This document shows, one piece after another, positions 1-12,880 of a DNA stretch of 64,000 nucleotides (position 1 is its first letter; every line of letters begins with the position of its first letter). The notes under the pieces were generated by a model. The model did no database searches. It was not told the origin of the DNA and was given only the letters and a program-made list of their open reading frames with translations. The position numbers were made by a program, and so were the translations under genes. The stretch comes from Antedon mediterranea (lineage: Eukaryota > Animalia > Echinodermata), in the NCBI RefSeq assembly GCF_964355755.1, contig NC_092674.1, forward strand, positions 3,410,001 to 3,474,000. Reading direction: 5' to 3'.

Positions 1-112
1 CCAAGTTATAGACAGTTAGCAATCACAAGCGAATAAGCCATCGCTTGTGATTGGTCAATTCACTTGCGTTGCGTTACGTCCCTGTGTTGCGTCGCTAGTG
101 GGAACCACGCTT
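1..112 (-). mobile_element. Partial Harbinger/Tourist-like MITE (family with TIR AGCGTGGTTCCCACTAG)
   Basis: Reverse complement of 10406-10510; ends CTAGTGGGAACCACGCT followed by TTA. Confidence 0.75.
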
Positions 113-227
113 TATATTCCGGTACTGCGTTTTGTATTACGTATGTAGTCAAAATCTCAGTACTGCATAATATTACTAAATGATAAGTGTTGTTACGTTA
201 AATCAAGCAGTGGTGGAGGTTTGACGC

Positions 228-350
228 CAGAGAGAGTTGTTGGGTACACCAGAGAGAGTTTTTGGGTGTCAGAGAGAGTTGTTGGGTGTCAGGGAGAGAG
301 AGTTGTTGGGTACCAGAGAGAGTTGTTGGATGAGGGAGTTGTTGGGTGCC
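228..350. repeat. Degenerate ~20-bp tandem repeat (CAGAGAGAGTTGTTGGGTGT)
   Basis: About 6 imperfect units read directly; they generate the spurious ORFs 198..401 and 221..553. Confidence 0.8.
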
Positions 351-400
351 ATATTGCACTAAGCCAAACGTTGTGGCACCTTTTAATTCCCCTCTATCCA

Positions 401-1092
401 TTTTATTTTATTAATTTTAGCAACATTAAAACAATACAAAACTTGAGTGTGCCAAGGAGTGGCAAAAGAGGTCAAAGGACCACTGTCGCCATAAGGCAGC
501 ACTCAAAGCATACATACATAAAACAATGTAAATATGTAATATTAATACCATAATTGTATACATTAAAGAGGCATAGTGTTTTTAAAGTGGTCCATTAACA
601 TGTTTTTAAATTGTACCCAACTTCCGCATACAAAGGCGTCTTTAATATTGACCGGTATTGAATTCCACAAACAAATAAATCTGGTTGGGATACAATGCTT
701 TCCACTATCAGTTTTGGATGCAAGGTGTTTAAAAGTTAGAACATCCAAATGCCTACAATTGATAGTCAACATATTTAAAATAAAACTATTCTATTCTGTA
801 ATTTATATAATATATTTGTAACAAAAATAACGGTAAAATAATCTCGATTTGATTCAGCTGTCATCAAATTCAGTCTAGTTAATCGGTCAGAATATGGCTG
901 ATCTAAGATTCGTTGATGAAGGATAAATCGACTTGCCATTCTTTGAATTTTCTCTATCTTATTAATATGACATTGACGATAAGGATACCAAACAGGGGAG
1001 CAATATTGGATATGGGGAAGAACAAGACATTTATAAAGTTTAAGTAAAACAGATGTAGAACAACCTGTGGCAATTAGGCCTAATATAGCCAA
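401..1092 (-). mobile_element. 3' fragment of a CR1/L2-type LINE (C-terminal ORF2, disrupted)
   Basis: ORFs 775..1092 (LYKCLVLPHIQYCSPVWYPY...IEKIQRMASRFI) and 563..772 (LWNSIP) match the post-RT region of CR1/L2 ORF2; (TAAAA)n-like tail near 401-415. Confidence 0.8.
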
Positions 1093-1884
1093 TAGCTGAA
1101 TGCGGGATGATTCAGGTGTGACGGGTCGAATCGGCCCACTTTTTAGGCCGATATAATGTCTGACTAAGAGTGGCTTCTAATTTCATTAGACTCTCGGTAG
1201 GTTTTTATGATATAAAATATTGTAAAGTACATTACATTCTAACATTTTGAATGTTTTGTTATTTTGGGAGGATTTTTAATTGTTCGCGCTTTACTTTTAT
1301 GTAATTTATTTTCAAGAAGGAGTGTAGAAGTCTAAGTACAAACAAAGAGGGTTGCAATCATATTTACTTCTTTCTAATTAGACCTACAACACCAGAAAAC
1401 ATGGTGTTGTTCATCTTAAAAACAAACCATTAAACATTCTTACCACCACAAATCAAGACATTCAATTGAACAACAGGAGAAATGATATAACATACTTTTG
1501 TAAGCTTTTACAAAACATGACAATTTACCAGACGACTATGAAATGCAGGATTAAGTCCTATTCCAAACTTGAGGACGGAAAATAACTGATATGAAATAAT
1601 AATCATCAATAAGCGTCTATTATTTCGATATATTTACACGAACAAAACAAGAACAAAGATACCGATGTATATTAAAAATCAATATCAACGAGATTCTGTT
1701 CTGCTAGTTGCTATTGTGTAGTGTGACTGCTAATAAATATTCATTAAAATTAGGATAAAATTGCTGGTGGTAGACAACATTAATTATTTCAATAATGCGG
1801 TACTTTTTTTCTGTTGTTTCACAGTTTCATGTACCTTTTTCACTGAAACGCACCGAATCAATAACAATAATAGTCTATTAGGTC

Positions 1885-2030
1885 TTGGTCAGGTGTGAAA
1901 AGCCCTTAACTGTACGCGCCGCATGTGACGTGATCCTTAGCCTGACCGTAGCAGGTGTGAAAGGCCCCTTAACTGTACACGCCGCATGTTACGCGAATCT
2001 GAACCTTAGCCGGTGTGAAAGACCCTTAAC
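1885..2030. repeat. Three ~60-bp imperfect tandem units ending GGTGTGAAAR-CCCTTAA (probably reiterated MITE ends)
   Basis: Direct repeats read in the sequence. Confidence 0.55.
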
Positions 2031-2165
2031 TATCCTAAAGCTATTTGAACGTTTTGTCTTTATACAAACACTTACTTTGAAATGAAATGAAATGATTGCT
2101 TGTTAAGATACCCGTATAACATATAATGATATGTAGATTGGAATTAATTTATGCAAGAAGTCTAC

Positions 2166-2683
2166 TTAAAGATGTATTGTCCCTTTGTCAAATTCCAAAA
2201 AACAAAAACAAATAAGATTTCGAAAAAAAGTGGGTCATTTTGAAGGATAAGTATCATAATAGATACAATACAGATGTTTTTTGGTTCAAAAAATAACTTT
2301 GACTTCCAGTCAAAGTTTTCGATCAAAACATATCTCATAATGCAACGAGCTTATTTGGCTACTCGGTATGCATTAATCATAAAACTTCCTCGCGATCTGT
2401 GTGAAAACACCTTCTCAACCGTGACGAGTTGTAAACAATCCTAATTAGCATCATGCATAATGTATACTCATGGTTTGAAATCTTTGTTTACTTTCGCTCG
2501 TGACGATTTCCAGACGAAATGTAATCAAATTAATTTAGCTGTTAAGTACGTAAAATTGTTGTTTTTGGCTTGAATTTTCGACTTAAAGTGATTAACTTTA
2601 ATTTTACTTTTAATATGGCCAATTTAAATTTAGAATATTTTTACCTTCATTTTTGTGTGTTTAAAGTGACAATACATCTTTAA
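2166..2683. mobile_element. Kolobok-like MITE, subfamily A
   Basis: TTAA|AGATGTATTGTC...GACAATACATCT|TTAA; interior matches 19667-20217. Confidence 0.85.
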
Positions 2684-4509
2684 ACTATCAAAATGTCCGG
2701 TAATACCACCAGTATAGTTAACAGGTTTGCCAATGTCAAGTGTATATCCTACTATTATACATTTTTTAAATAAAAAAAGTGAATTTAATCGTGGCTGCCT
2801 GAAAGTGGAGAAGATGGAAATTAATCAACACCTTTTTGAATGCGCCTTGAGCACTCTTGAGTGGTATGTGCGCTATAAAAATCCTGTTATTATTATTATT
2901 ATTACCTACCTACTTTAGTAATCTTGATAATCATTAATTCTGGTAAGAAAAGTTATTTTATTATTTGAAACACGGGTAAGGTGACGAAGATACGTTCATT
3001 TTGTCGCAATAAATTAAATTATTAGAAAACAAGTTTTTATTTGATAAATGTTTTTCCTTTTTCTAAATGAAGGATTAAAAAAGCATGGACCTATAAATGT
3101 ATAGGTTGTACATTTGTAATTGGTTAGCATTATTTTTAGTGTTACTAATCGATTGATTATTGTACTGTTTTCCTTTTCAGCTATACTTTGTACTTCTTTA
3201 CAATGTACTCCTAAACAAGATATCCTGATGGTCAATAATTCAGTGTTTTCGTGAGTGTGAGTTTCCCGCTAAACCGAGATTGTGCGAATTTGAGTTCACG
3301 GTAACGTGGTGGTATACGTTAGCAGCGGCTTGTACGGACTGTCCAGATGTCCGACAAAACTGTAGTGCATATCGCTGTTATTCGGTAGACGGTTCACGTA
3401 GACCAATTTTAACGGTTAATGAAATGTCACCTGGTCCAAGTATTCAGGTACAAATTTCATCTTTGTCGCAGAAGCTACCACCACATCGCTTAGCGTCTAA
3501 ATCTTAATTTAAATAAATAGTAATTTCAGATATAACATATTTTAAAGTTAACACAGTATTTATATTTACCCAGTCAGTTGGGTTCTGTTTCGTTGCAGTT
3601 CATTCTGTAACCGCCCTTCACAGTTCAGAAAGGGGATCATTTTGGTTTTCTTTTTCCATGACTGGTGCATACTTCAAAAAGCCCGCTAGAAACAGAGTAA
3701 TTACTATAGGAAATTTGATCACTTTAGTTTGTAACTGCGAGTTTGCTTGTGTAGACTAAAGCTCAGTCTACACTATCAAAGTGTGATCTGCCCAAATAAT
3801 ATTTGGTAGTGATAGGATATCCATATATTGGCACATCGCATTTTTGTGTGCAGACAGAGCTTAAGCTTAATGGCAATTGAGGTATTAGTTTGACGACGTT
3901 CCTAAAAGTCATTGAAAAGTTTATTTTAAAATATAGGACTGTTTTTTGTGTGAATGATACCAACATTGTAGCCACTTGAGCCATAAGATATAGTATATAG
4001 GCCTATTGTTTTGACGGCTCCCAAATTCCCCTTTAAATAAGGTATAGTTTTGTTACCACACTAATCTAACTGTGTTTATGTTCTATTAAACACAGTGTCT
4101 CGTTGGGGAAAAAAAGAATTATCCTATTATCTTTGTATTACCTTATTATTATCCTGTATTCTACAGTCGTGTTTTGTTTTATTTTAGAATCCGTAGATCC
4201 TGCCTTGAATACTGTTGATGTGAAGTACTATGTGGTAATGGGCATGCGCTCCGACGTTTTTATTTCGTCGAATCCAGAAGCCAACCTAACAACATTCTCG
4301 ACAGTTTTTATCATGAACGATGTACAATTTGAATATCCTCATACACCGTTTGTTCATTACAACCAGATGATGACGTCAGCGCGTGTAAATGCCTCCATGG
4401 AATACCACTGTGTATGTCGATGAACAGTACTGTGATATAAATAACAGTACAGATTCCAGTACAGCCTGTAAATGTCCTATCGTCGCTAAAGTGAAGCTAG
4501 GCCAGGTAA

Positions 4510-5912
4510 TTTATATATAAATTATGGTTAATTCTGACATAGGCGAGCACAATGGAAAAACTTCGGTACAAATCTCCGCCTTGGATACCTACCTTATCTA
4601 TCTCAGGGAAGATTACAGGCACTTTCAATCAATCAATACAGTGTCCCATTGGAAGACGGAAGAAAAAAACAGATAGTAGGACTGGAGCTCAAGTTGGCCA
4701 TTAGTCATAGTCATTTCAGTTTTTTGTTTATTTTAGGAACGGACCTCGCGTGTGAAGGTACAGTAGTTAAAAAATAAAAATTACACTGCAAATTAATAAA
4801 GATCAAATTAAATATACGCCATAAAGAATTCGGAATATATTGTGGGGAATAGTATTATAAAATTACATAGGGAGATTTTATGATAAGAAATTTTGTTTAA
4901 AAATCAAATCGAGTGAAATCCCGATAGCTGAGTTTTATTGAGTAAGCTGGCAGGAATAAGTAGGCTATCTGTGTCCCGTTAGGACCGAGATGTCTGCCCA
5001 TGTTGCACCTCTTATTGAGTTAGGCCTATGTTTAATTATCCTTTCACTCATTGTAGTTTTGATATTTAGTCTTTTCGGTACCCTGAAACTAAAAGTCTTC
5101 ATTAGGCCTACTGTTTTTGTCCTCTTTCCGGTTCCCGTGTTGTCCTGTTTTTATTTCAGTTTCTATGGGCTGCCTTATACAAGCTTCGCTTTTTAGGAAT
5201 GTTGCCCCTCTTATTTTAATCATATTTACTGTTAATTTTTATTTTCTATGAAAGACAAGAAGAGAAATAAATGTTACTTTGATTGATTGATTGATTGATT
5301 GATTCTTTCTTGGGCCGAAACGGCCCACTCTGTCACGGCAGTTAGTTTCAAAAGATGTTTAAATTAAATAATGTAGTAATAATTATTAGGATGGTATTTA
5401 TTTGAATAAACGCCTCTCCAATAAAGCATCACTTTGAATAATAATCCCCATCCCCAACTCAACTATCTAATAAACGTCCATCCACATTTATAATAACACA
5501 ATTATACTATTTGTTGTAGTAGAATTCATCGCACTGTCTACAATTTACCAAGCATTTGTTATTCGTTTTTACCACTTTTCATATCTATTAGAGGATTTCA
5601 TTTGATTACAAATGTTACCGTACCATATTATTAAAACTAAAAAATGTAACGTATATCCCTCGAATAAGTACCTCCCTCAAATGAACTCCGCCTCCCCACC
5701 TCCGCCCTATAAAGTCTCTACTAAACAATAAACACTATACTTTAAAATGTTATTAATCATCTAAGACACTGTGAAACAGAGTAGTTTAGTTTTACGAATG
5801 TGTTTTCAATAATGGTAACCGACAGAAAACGTACAAGGAGAACATTATCATTTCGAGAACCATCGTCTACACTTCCTAGAGGGGGAGCGAGCGAAGCGAG
5901 CTCACCCTCTAG
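4510..5912 (+). mobile_element. Non-autonomous Helitron, copy 1
   Basis: Colinear with 26551-27897; 3' hairpin CTAGAGGG..GAGCGAGCGAAGCGAGCTCACCCTCTAG|T; 5' end TT rather than TC; lacks ~270 bp present in copy 2. Confidence 0.85.
5008..5304 (+). mobile_element. LINE 3'-UTR fragment nested in the Helitron
   Basis: Absent from Helitron copy 2; ends with a stem-loop, AATAAA and a (TTGA)n tail. Confidence 0.6.
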
Positions 5913-6235
5913 TACGGTACTTTCTAGTTAATAAAGCATGTTTTCCACTACATCAAAATTTATTTGCGCGAATGCTGTCTAAAAGCTAATCCAGCGTATA
6001 AGCTTTCGACACATTCACCCAGTAAATGGAACAGTGAATTGTCAATGTGAACAAACAATTTCGTCAGCAACTTTAAATTAACATAATAATGCATTGATTG
6101 TTGATTAAACGATTTGGATAATTTTGTAGGTAATAGAGTTTATTGTGATTAGCGAAATACCAATTTCTAGTCACCCGATGCATCTCCATGGACAGTCATT
6201 TCGAGTTTTAGCACAAGACAGACAAGACACGGATA

Positions 6236-7158
6236 TAGGGTTCAAAGTTACAACCAGCTAAGTTTATGAAACCACATAAAAATGTGATATTTTTTGGGAA
6301 AAAATGAAGATTGAGGGCGCTGTTCACACAAGTAAAAATACACTTTTTTGCCTGTATCTAATTAAGTTTTAGCTATAATAATTTTAAAATAGTCTTATTT
6401 GATAGATAATTAAATTTTCTTTATATAAAAAAAAAAATAAACTTAATATTAAATACACATAATTCTGATAAATTCATGTGAAGTGCTTAAAATCAGCAAA
6501 TATAACACATTTTAATATTATAACAAATGCTAGTGATGTTAATAAATTACAAAGTTAGTGATCATAAATAGAATTATTTTACATTTCTATAAAATGTTGT
6601 TATTATACAACATATAAATGTAAATTTTTCGAACCATTTCACAAAAACAACCATTTTACGGCCAATAGTTTTTGAAATTATAGAAATTTGTACTACCGGT
6701 ACAGGTCAAAGGTCAATAAAAATATTTCGGGTCATTTGCTTGAAAAAGTTCTTATTAGACTGAATAGAAACATAATACCTTCAGATTAATTTGAGCCCTA
6801 TTTAAAGTTTGTCCAACTATTAGTTACGGAGTTATATGATATGTAGGTCAAAGGTCAAATATGCCAAAAATCATACTTCCAGCCATTTTTGGACAAACTT
6901 TTCCATTAGAACGAATATTAATATGCATCTCCCAAATAATTTGACACTAAAATTATTTCATTTAATCTAAGCGTTGCAAAGATAGGATCATTTTGTTTTT
7001 AATGGGTCAAAACATTCAAATTGAGGTCAGATGAATTTTAGAAATTTGACAACATGGGTTTTTATAACCAGCATGATTCAAATATTCATAAAACACAATG
7101 TTTACACTTTCCCCCTGATCTGCACACGAAGGCACTTTTTTTGACATAGGGATGACTA
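6236..7158. mobile_element. Truncated DNA-transposon-like segment with AGGTCAAAGGTCA motifs
   Basis: Begins where laccase copy 1 homology stops and ends (GGGATGACTA) where homology to the copy 3 upstream region begins (7161 = 17002); no matching left TIR seen. Confidence 0.5.
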
Positions 7159-7325
7159 TTAATGACCCCGCAGAAAATGTCATGAATATTCAATACAGTA
7201 TATTATTTCGGGACTACCCGCACTATTTAGTCCAGTCTATTTTAGTCTTAGTTTAGATATCTGAATCAGTGGTGAAAACATTTGTTTTCTGGATTATTGT
7301 ACGCTGATTAGAGGTGCATATCAAA

Positions 7326-10300
7326 ATGAATATCGCACAACTTTCTTCATGTATTTTTATATTCTGTTATCATGGTGAGTTATTTTAATGGATATTTTCA
7401 ATTAAAACAATATTTGAAGTCGTCTAGACTGATATAGATCGGTAATTAATGTCGTTTTTTCAATATAGTATTTTTGTAATAATTTGATTATCAAATTCTA
7501 TTTGTTTCAGCTATACTTTGCACTTCTTTACAATGTACTCATAAACAAGATATCCTGATGGTCAATAATTCAAGTGACTGTTTTCGTGAGTGTGAGTTTC
7601 CCGCTAAACCGAGATTGTGCGAATTTGAGTTTACGGTAGCTTGGTGGTATACGTTAGCAGCGGCTTGCATCGACTGTCCTGGTTTCAGACAAGACTGTGA
7701 TTTGCCTCAATGTTTTACCGTAGATGGTTCACGTAGATCTATCTTGACAGTGAATGGAATGTCACCTGGACCAAGCATACAGGTTCGTATAGGCATGGAC
7801 TAAAGAACGATTTGGTATAAAGCTCTACACTATCAAACTAGTTTGACAAAAAAAGTGTGATGTGCTCAAATATGGCAGTGATATGACATAATCATGTCCA
7901 AATATGAGTACATCATATTTGTTTGTCACATAAGGTTTGATAGTGTAGATAGGGCTTTAGTAAAGAGACAACTCCATCAAATTTAATAATAAATCCAGAG
8001 GATTGGAACTGTAAAATGCTTTCTAATTTAGTGATGATTACATTAGAAGTTTCCCTCTGAATTAGTTAATAATAATAATAATACACTTATATTGACTTAT
8101 TAATATTAATTTTGTTTCATTCACGGAGTTATTGTTATTGGTTGCAAATATAATCTAAATATGTTTCAACTATTTGTTTAAAATTTGTTTTTAACAGGTC
8201 TGTCATGGTGATACTGTTCGCGTAAAAGTCAAAAACCAACTTCAAGATGGAGGTTCGTTGACAATTCATTGGCATGGTATACATCAATTTAACACCGTGT
8301 GGGCAGATGGCGTTCCGATGATTACTCAATGCCCCATACCAAGTTCAACCTTTTTCGTATACGAGTTTGTTGCAGACCCGCCAGGTACCCATTGGTGGCA
8401 CTCTCACGTTGGTGTTCAGAGAGGTGACGGGTTGTACGGAGCATTGATTGTCAGGGAACCAAGACAAAAAGAGTTCAACAGTAAAGAATATGACTTTGAC
8501 CTTCCACAACATTACATGTTATTTAACGACTGGTTAGGTATTTCAAGTCTTGATCTGTATTTATTAGCGATTGCCAATGCTGTTCCGTCGTCTGGATATA
8601 CAGATACCATGTTGATCAATGGCAGAAGTCACAATAGGGACATTGATATGGATGTTCCTATCACAGTGTTTGAAGTAGAACAAGGTTTCCGATATCGGAT
8701 GCGAATAGTAGATGCTTCATTTAGTGAGTGTATTGTAAGAATTACTGTCGAATCCCATCCGATAACGATCATTGCCACTGATGGCTTTGAAATGGAACCG
8801 GTTCGTGAAGTGGATGCTTTATACTTTACTGCTGGTGAGAGGTAATTCCAATCTAAATTGTTCATTTTAATTCAAGGGATGGAGCTGACATCATTTGTTT
8901 ATTTGTGGGCACGGTTTCATGAACTTACATACTTATTTCGTTTAGGATATTTTACTGCAGAAACTATATTTTATACCGCAATAACTTGTTGTTTCAATTT
9001 TGGAGAAGTTTACGCATGCGCAGTGACGCATTGTTGGTTTGGCTTTTCAAATAGAAACTTAGAAATGCTGTAATAGTGCATTAATCCAATCAATGCAATA
9101 CACGCAATTGTTTTTTACGACATGTCGATGGCTGGTAGGTATTTTTTTTTTTTAGAAATGTGTATAGCATTCTTTCTTATTTTTAATTATTTCAGAGTGG
9201 ATTTTGTACTCAAGGCGTCTGCAAAACCCTCAACGTATTGTATATACGTAGTTGGTATACCCAACCCAGTATGCCCTGCGATTGGTGCAGCAAAATTAAA
9301 ATACAAGAATTCACCAACCATGGATGTAAATTGTACACAGTACAACACAGAACAACGTGATTTTTTTTCAACAGCCGTACTTAAAGATAACGATACAGAT
9401 GTATACACATTTAAAGATACGCACGCATTACGTAAGATTTTTTTTTAAAATAAATTTTCCAAAGCAATTTGACTTCCCGTTACGAGAGCTGAAAAACATT
9501 GGCCTAGCAGACGGCCTAGGCAATTTTGCAATTTTATACACGGCCATAGAGGTATCCAATAGAAGGGTTCTAATATAAACATTCAGTTTGTGTCTTTAGG
9601 GGGCATTGCGTCATCAAAACTCTCAATTTCTAGTAGCCTATATTGTATACTATTGTAATATTGTCTTACAATGTCTTTTAATTATCTTTTCGCATTTACT
9701 ATCTCTGTTGCACGTGCGTACAAAAGTGTTGTTAAAACGTACGCCAATAGAATTCGAACCATACCATGAAAGCCACTCAGTGCCCTAATAATACTTAATA
9801 GAAGGACGTCTGCATATCAAGCAGAAGGTTCCTGGTTCGGATATCGGCTGTTTTTTTAAGAAACCGATTTTCTTAATTTGTTTATTCACAAATATAATAT
9901 TTAATGTACTAATTCATTGTAGAACCTGTAGATCCGGCTTTATACCACGTGGATACTGTATATTATGTCGTCATGGGCGTCTCATCCTACAGTTATACTT
10001 CGAATAGACCAGAAGCTGGAACAACTTACTCTCCATTTTTCACCATGAATCAAGTACAATTTGATTTTCCGGATAAACCGTTTGTTTCATTCGAGCCAAA
10101 TGGTAACGTAGATTTGTGCAGGACGTACCCAGGGTATAACAATACAGAGTTGGCCGAATGCAATAATACACACTGTAGTTGCCCTCTGGTTGCTAAAGTT
10201 AAACTTGGTCAGGTAACTTTATACATTTTACCATGTTTAGTAGTGTGAACATAAACCTTCTTCTATTCAAATCTACTTCTATTCAATTCAATTTAATTAT

Positions 10301-12082
10301 TTCGACCGAAATCAAACGTATTTTTACATACACTAAACAAGTCAAACAGCAACAGAAGTATCATTAATTTTGGACGAGGGAAGACATAGAGACTCAAGTC
10401 ACTAAAGCGTGGTTCCCACTAGCGACGCAACACAAGGACGTAACGCAACGCAAGTGAATTGACCAATCACAAGCGATGGCTTATTTGCTTGTGATTGCTA
10501 ACTGTCTATAACTTCACTTGTCATTGGTTAAAACGCTTGCGTTGCGTTTACGTCATTGCGTTACGTTCTAGTAGGAACCAAGCTTTAAAACGCTTGCGTT
10601 GCGTTTACGTCATTGCGTTACGTTCTAGTGGGGACCAAGCTTAACTCTCTGTAGTTTAACTCTTATTATCTTAAGTTGCCAGTGATTTTTTCCCTTTCGA
10701 AGTTGAATTATTGTGGAAAACATTATTTGTTGATGCCCGCCATTTCTCGCAGTCTCCGTATATTTACGTTCTAATTTTGTTCAAGATGTATTGTCCCCCA
10801 AAAACATGAAAAATGAAGATTAATTAAATAAGATTTTGAATAGGCTATTTTGTAGTTTTTAATAAAGTTAATCACTTCCGTAGAAAAAAAAAATAATGTT
10901 TTCCCTTATAAAATGACAAAATAAATGGTTAAATTCAACCAAAAATCTATTGGCTTGCAGCCAATTTTACTATTTTTTGCTTTAATTTACAGTTTTTTCA
11001 GTTAAATACTTTTTTTTATCATCTAATTTTTGGTCAAAGTGGATAACTATTATATGACATTAAAATGGCTTATTCAACAAAAAAATTAAAATAATTATTT
11101 TTTCAGGGGGACAATACATCTTTAACCGTTGACTTTTCTTTTAAGGTAGTGGAGTTCGTTGTGATTGATGATGTTCATATTATCAATCATCCGATGCATC
11201 TTCATGGACAATCATTTCGACTATTAGCACAAGGACTTAAAAATATAAGTGCTGACGAATTAATCGAATTTGATAAGACACGTAGGTCCTATACATTTTC
11301 TTTTTTCTTTCTGCTTTTTTAGCAGTCTTGTTCCTCTACCCATGGACCAAATTACCCGGGTGGTCAATATGGCTTGAATTTCTATCAGGCCTTGTACTCG
11401 AGAACTCTTTAACCAGCTTATACACTTAGATAGAATAATCTTGAACTAACCGGCGGCACTTACAACGCCGATTGGTTTAGACATTTGCGCAGATTGTTAC
11501 GCTCAATTTGGAGTTTCATACAGATTGACCCGGGTAAGTTAGTATCATGTGTATAGTCTCGCTAACTTTGTTGTGTAGAAACCGTATACTCGGGTATGTA
11601 AATATAACATATAGGCTAGAGGCCCAAGTCGTTGATCCAGCGAAAATATTGCAATGCAAAGCGGTTTAATTATACGTAGACATTATACGTAATACAAATA
11701 TGAAAAAAATAATAATGTTTCCGTTTCGTTTCTGTAGATGGTTTACCAAGAATCCCGCTTGAATCAGCGGTTGTAAAGGATACGGTGAATATAATTTCGG
11801 GTGGTTACGTCATCATTAGATGGAAGGCTGAAAACCCCGGTTATTGGTTCTTTCATTGTCACGTGGAGTACCACTCACTGGTGAGTTATTTAAATCTAAT
11901 AAAAAACAATTCTACGAAGTTTAAAATCATCAGTCTATTAATGCATCGTTTTTTTTTCCATTTCTTCCAAGGCGGGAATGGCAATGATTATTCAAGTCGG
12001 TGAAGAAGACGAAATTCCAAATCCACCAAAAGGATTTCCAACGTGTGGATCATTCACGCCCGGTGAAGAAGAAAAATCATAA
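7326..12082 (+). CDS. Secreted laccase / three-domain multicopper oxidase (copy 2), 626 aa, 8 exons
   Basis: Exons 7326-7374, 7511-7782, 8198-8841, 9196-9431, 9923-10212, 11146-11281, 11738-11880, 11972-12082 (1881 nt, phases consistent, GT-AG). Cu motifs HWHG, HWWHSH, HPMHLHG, HCHVEYHSLAGM; hydrophobic N-terminus and a CxRxC Cys-rich region. Confidence 0.93.
7821..7956. mobile_element. Harbinger/Tourist-like MITE (TIR AGCTCTGTCTACACTATCAAACT)
   Basis: ~140-bp palindromic element with TAA/TTA flanks; family members at ~3760-3861, 32882-32991, 52860-52918, 53368-53520, 54077-54211, 58549-58694, 58933-59092. Confidence 0.8.
10406..10644 (+). mobile_element. Harbinger/Tourist-like MITE with duplicated right end
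   Basis: TAA|AGCGTGGTTCCCACTAG...CTAGTAGGAACCAAGCT|TTA, then a tandem repeat of the last ~57 bp; partial relatives at 1-112, ~30351-30467, ~31075-31160. Confidence 0.8.
10784..11121. mobile_element. Kolobok-like MITE, subfamily B
   Basis: AGATGTATTGTCCCC...GGGGACAATACATCT|TTAA with central TTGGCT(T/G)GCAGCCAA; same family at 29943-30271, partials at ~26213, ~40232, 44350-44537, 49330-49542. Confidence 0.85.
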
Positions 12083-12684
12083 CGTTAACTTTACGACGAC
12101 TTGAAACTGTTATTATAGTCGTCGTCCAGCTCTGCTAAAATCGAGTTCTATTCGCGACTACACCTTATGACGTCATGTCGACACAAACAAGCTAATATAT
12201 CCCTAATATCAACTTTATTACTGTTAACCACGAAAGATAAAAAAAAACCTGTAATATTATATATCATATATTACGGTAATATCAAGCTAGCACACTGAAA
12301 AAAAAGAAGGTGTTGAGGAGAAATATTTCACATTACGTCAATATAGATATAAGTATTTTCTCTCTATAAAACTAAAATGAGAATACATCCTCCTTTTGGA
12401 CATCCTATTAAGAGGACAATTTGTTTGGGGGGGGGGGGGATCCCGAAGGTGTCCTCTTAATAGGAGGTTTGTTTTTTATAGTGTTATATAGACAGTGTTA
12501 ATAATTTTTTTTTGGTATTAAATTACAGAAATCGCATAAAAGTAGTCCACGAAAGGCCTATATTATAAATGTTTTTCGAGAAATTCTTTGTTAAATATAG
12601 ACCATGCATTATACTTTATCCGGAGCTGTTTGCCGGGTGTTCTATCGTAACAGGAGATGTATTATTGTCATTTTCATTCAGTGA

Positions 12685-12880
12685 TATATATATAATAAAT
12701 CCAAGGGCAAAATACTGAAAAATGGCAATGCTGTGGGTATCAGTGGCTGGATCTCATTTGAGATACAAAAAAAGCAAAAAAGCTAAATCAAAACGATAAA
12801 GTAAAACAGCCAGAAAAGTTATCAGAGCTTTCGTGCAACACTAGTCCTTCATCAGTGCAAGTATGTGTGCATCTATATAT
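12685..12880 (-). mobile_element. Penelope-like element terminal relic with degenerate minimal hammerhead motif
   Basis: Minus strand reads TGCA-CTGATGA-AGGAC..CAC-GAAA-GC-TC; abuts (AT)n; same family at 36680-36933. Confidence 0.55.

Larger units (their letters stand above)
3181..6257 (+). pseudogene. Laccase pseudogene (copy 1)
   Basis: Exon-2 homolog 3181-3447 has a 5-nt deletion relative to copies 2/3. Exons 3-4 (HWHG, HSH) are absent. Exon-5 homolog 4189-4505 has two 1-nt deletions. Exon-6 homolog from 6130 (HPMHLHG) is cut at ~6236 by a transposon fragment. No HCH exon. Confidence 0.85.
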
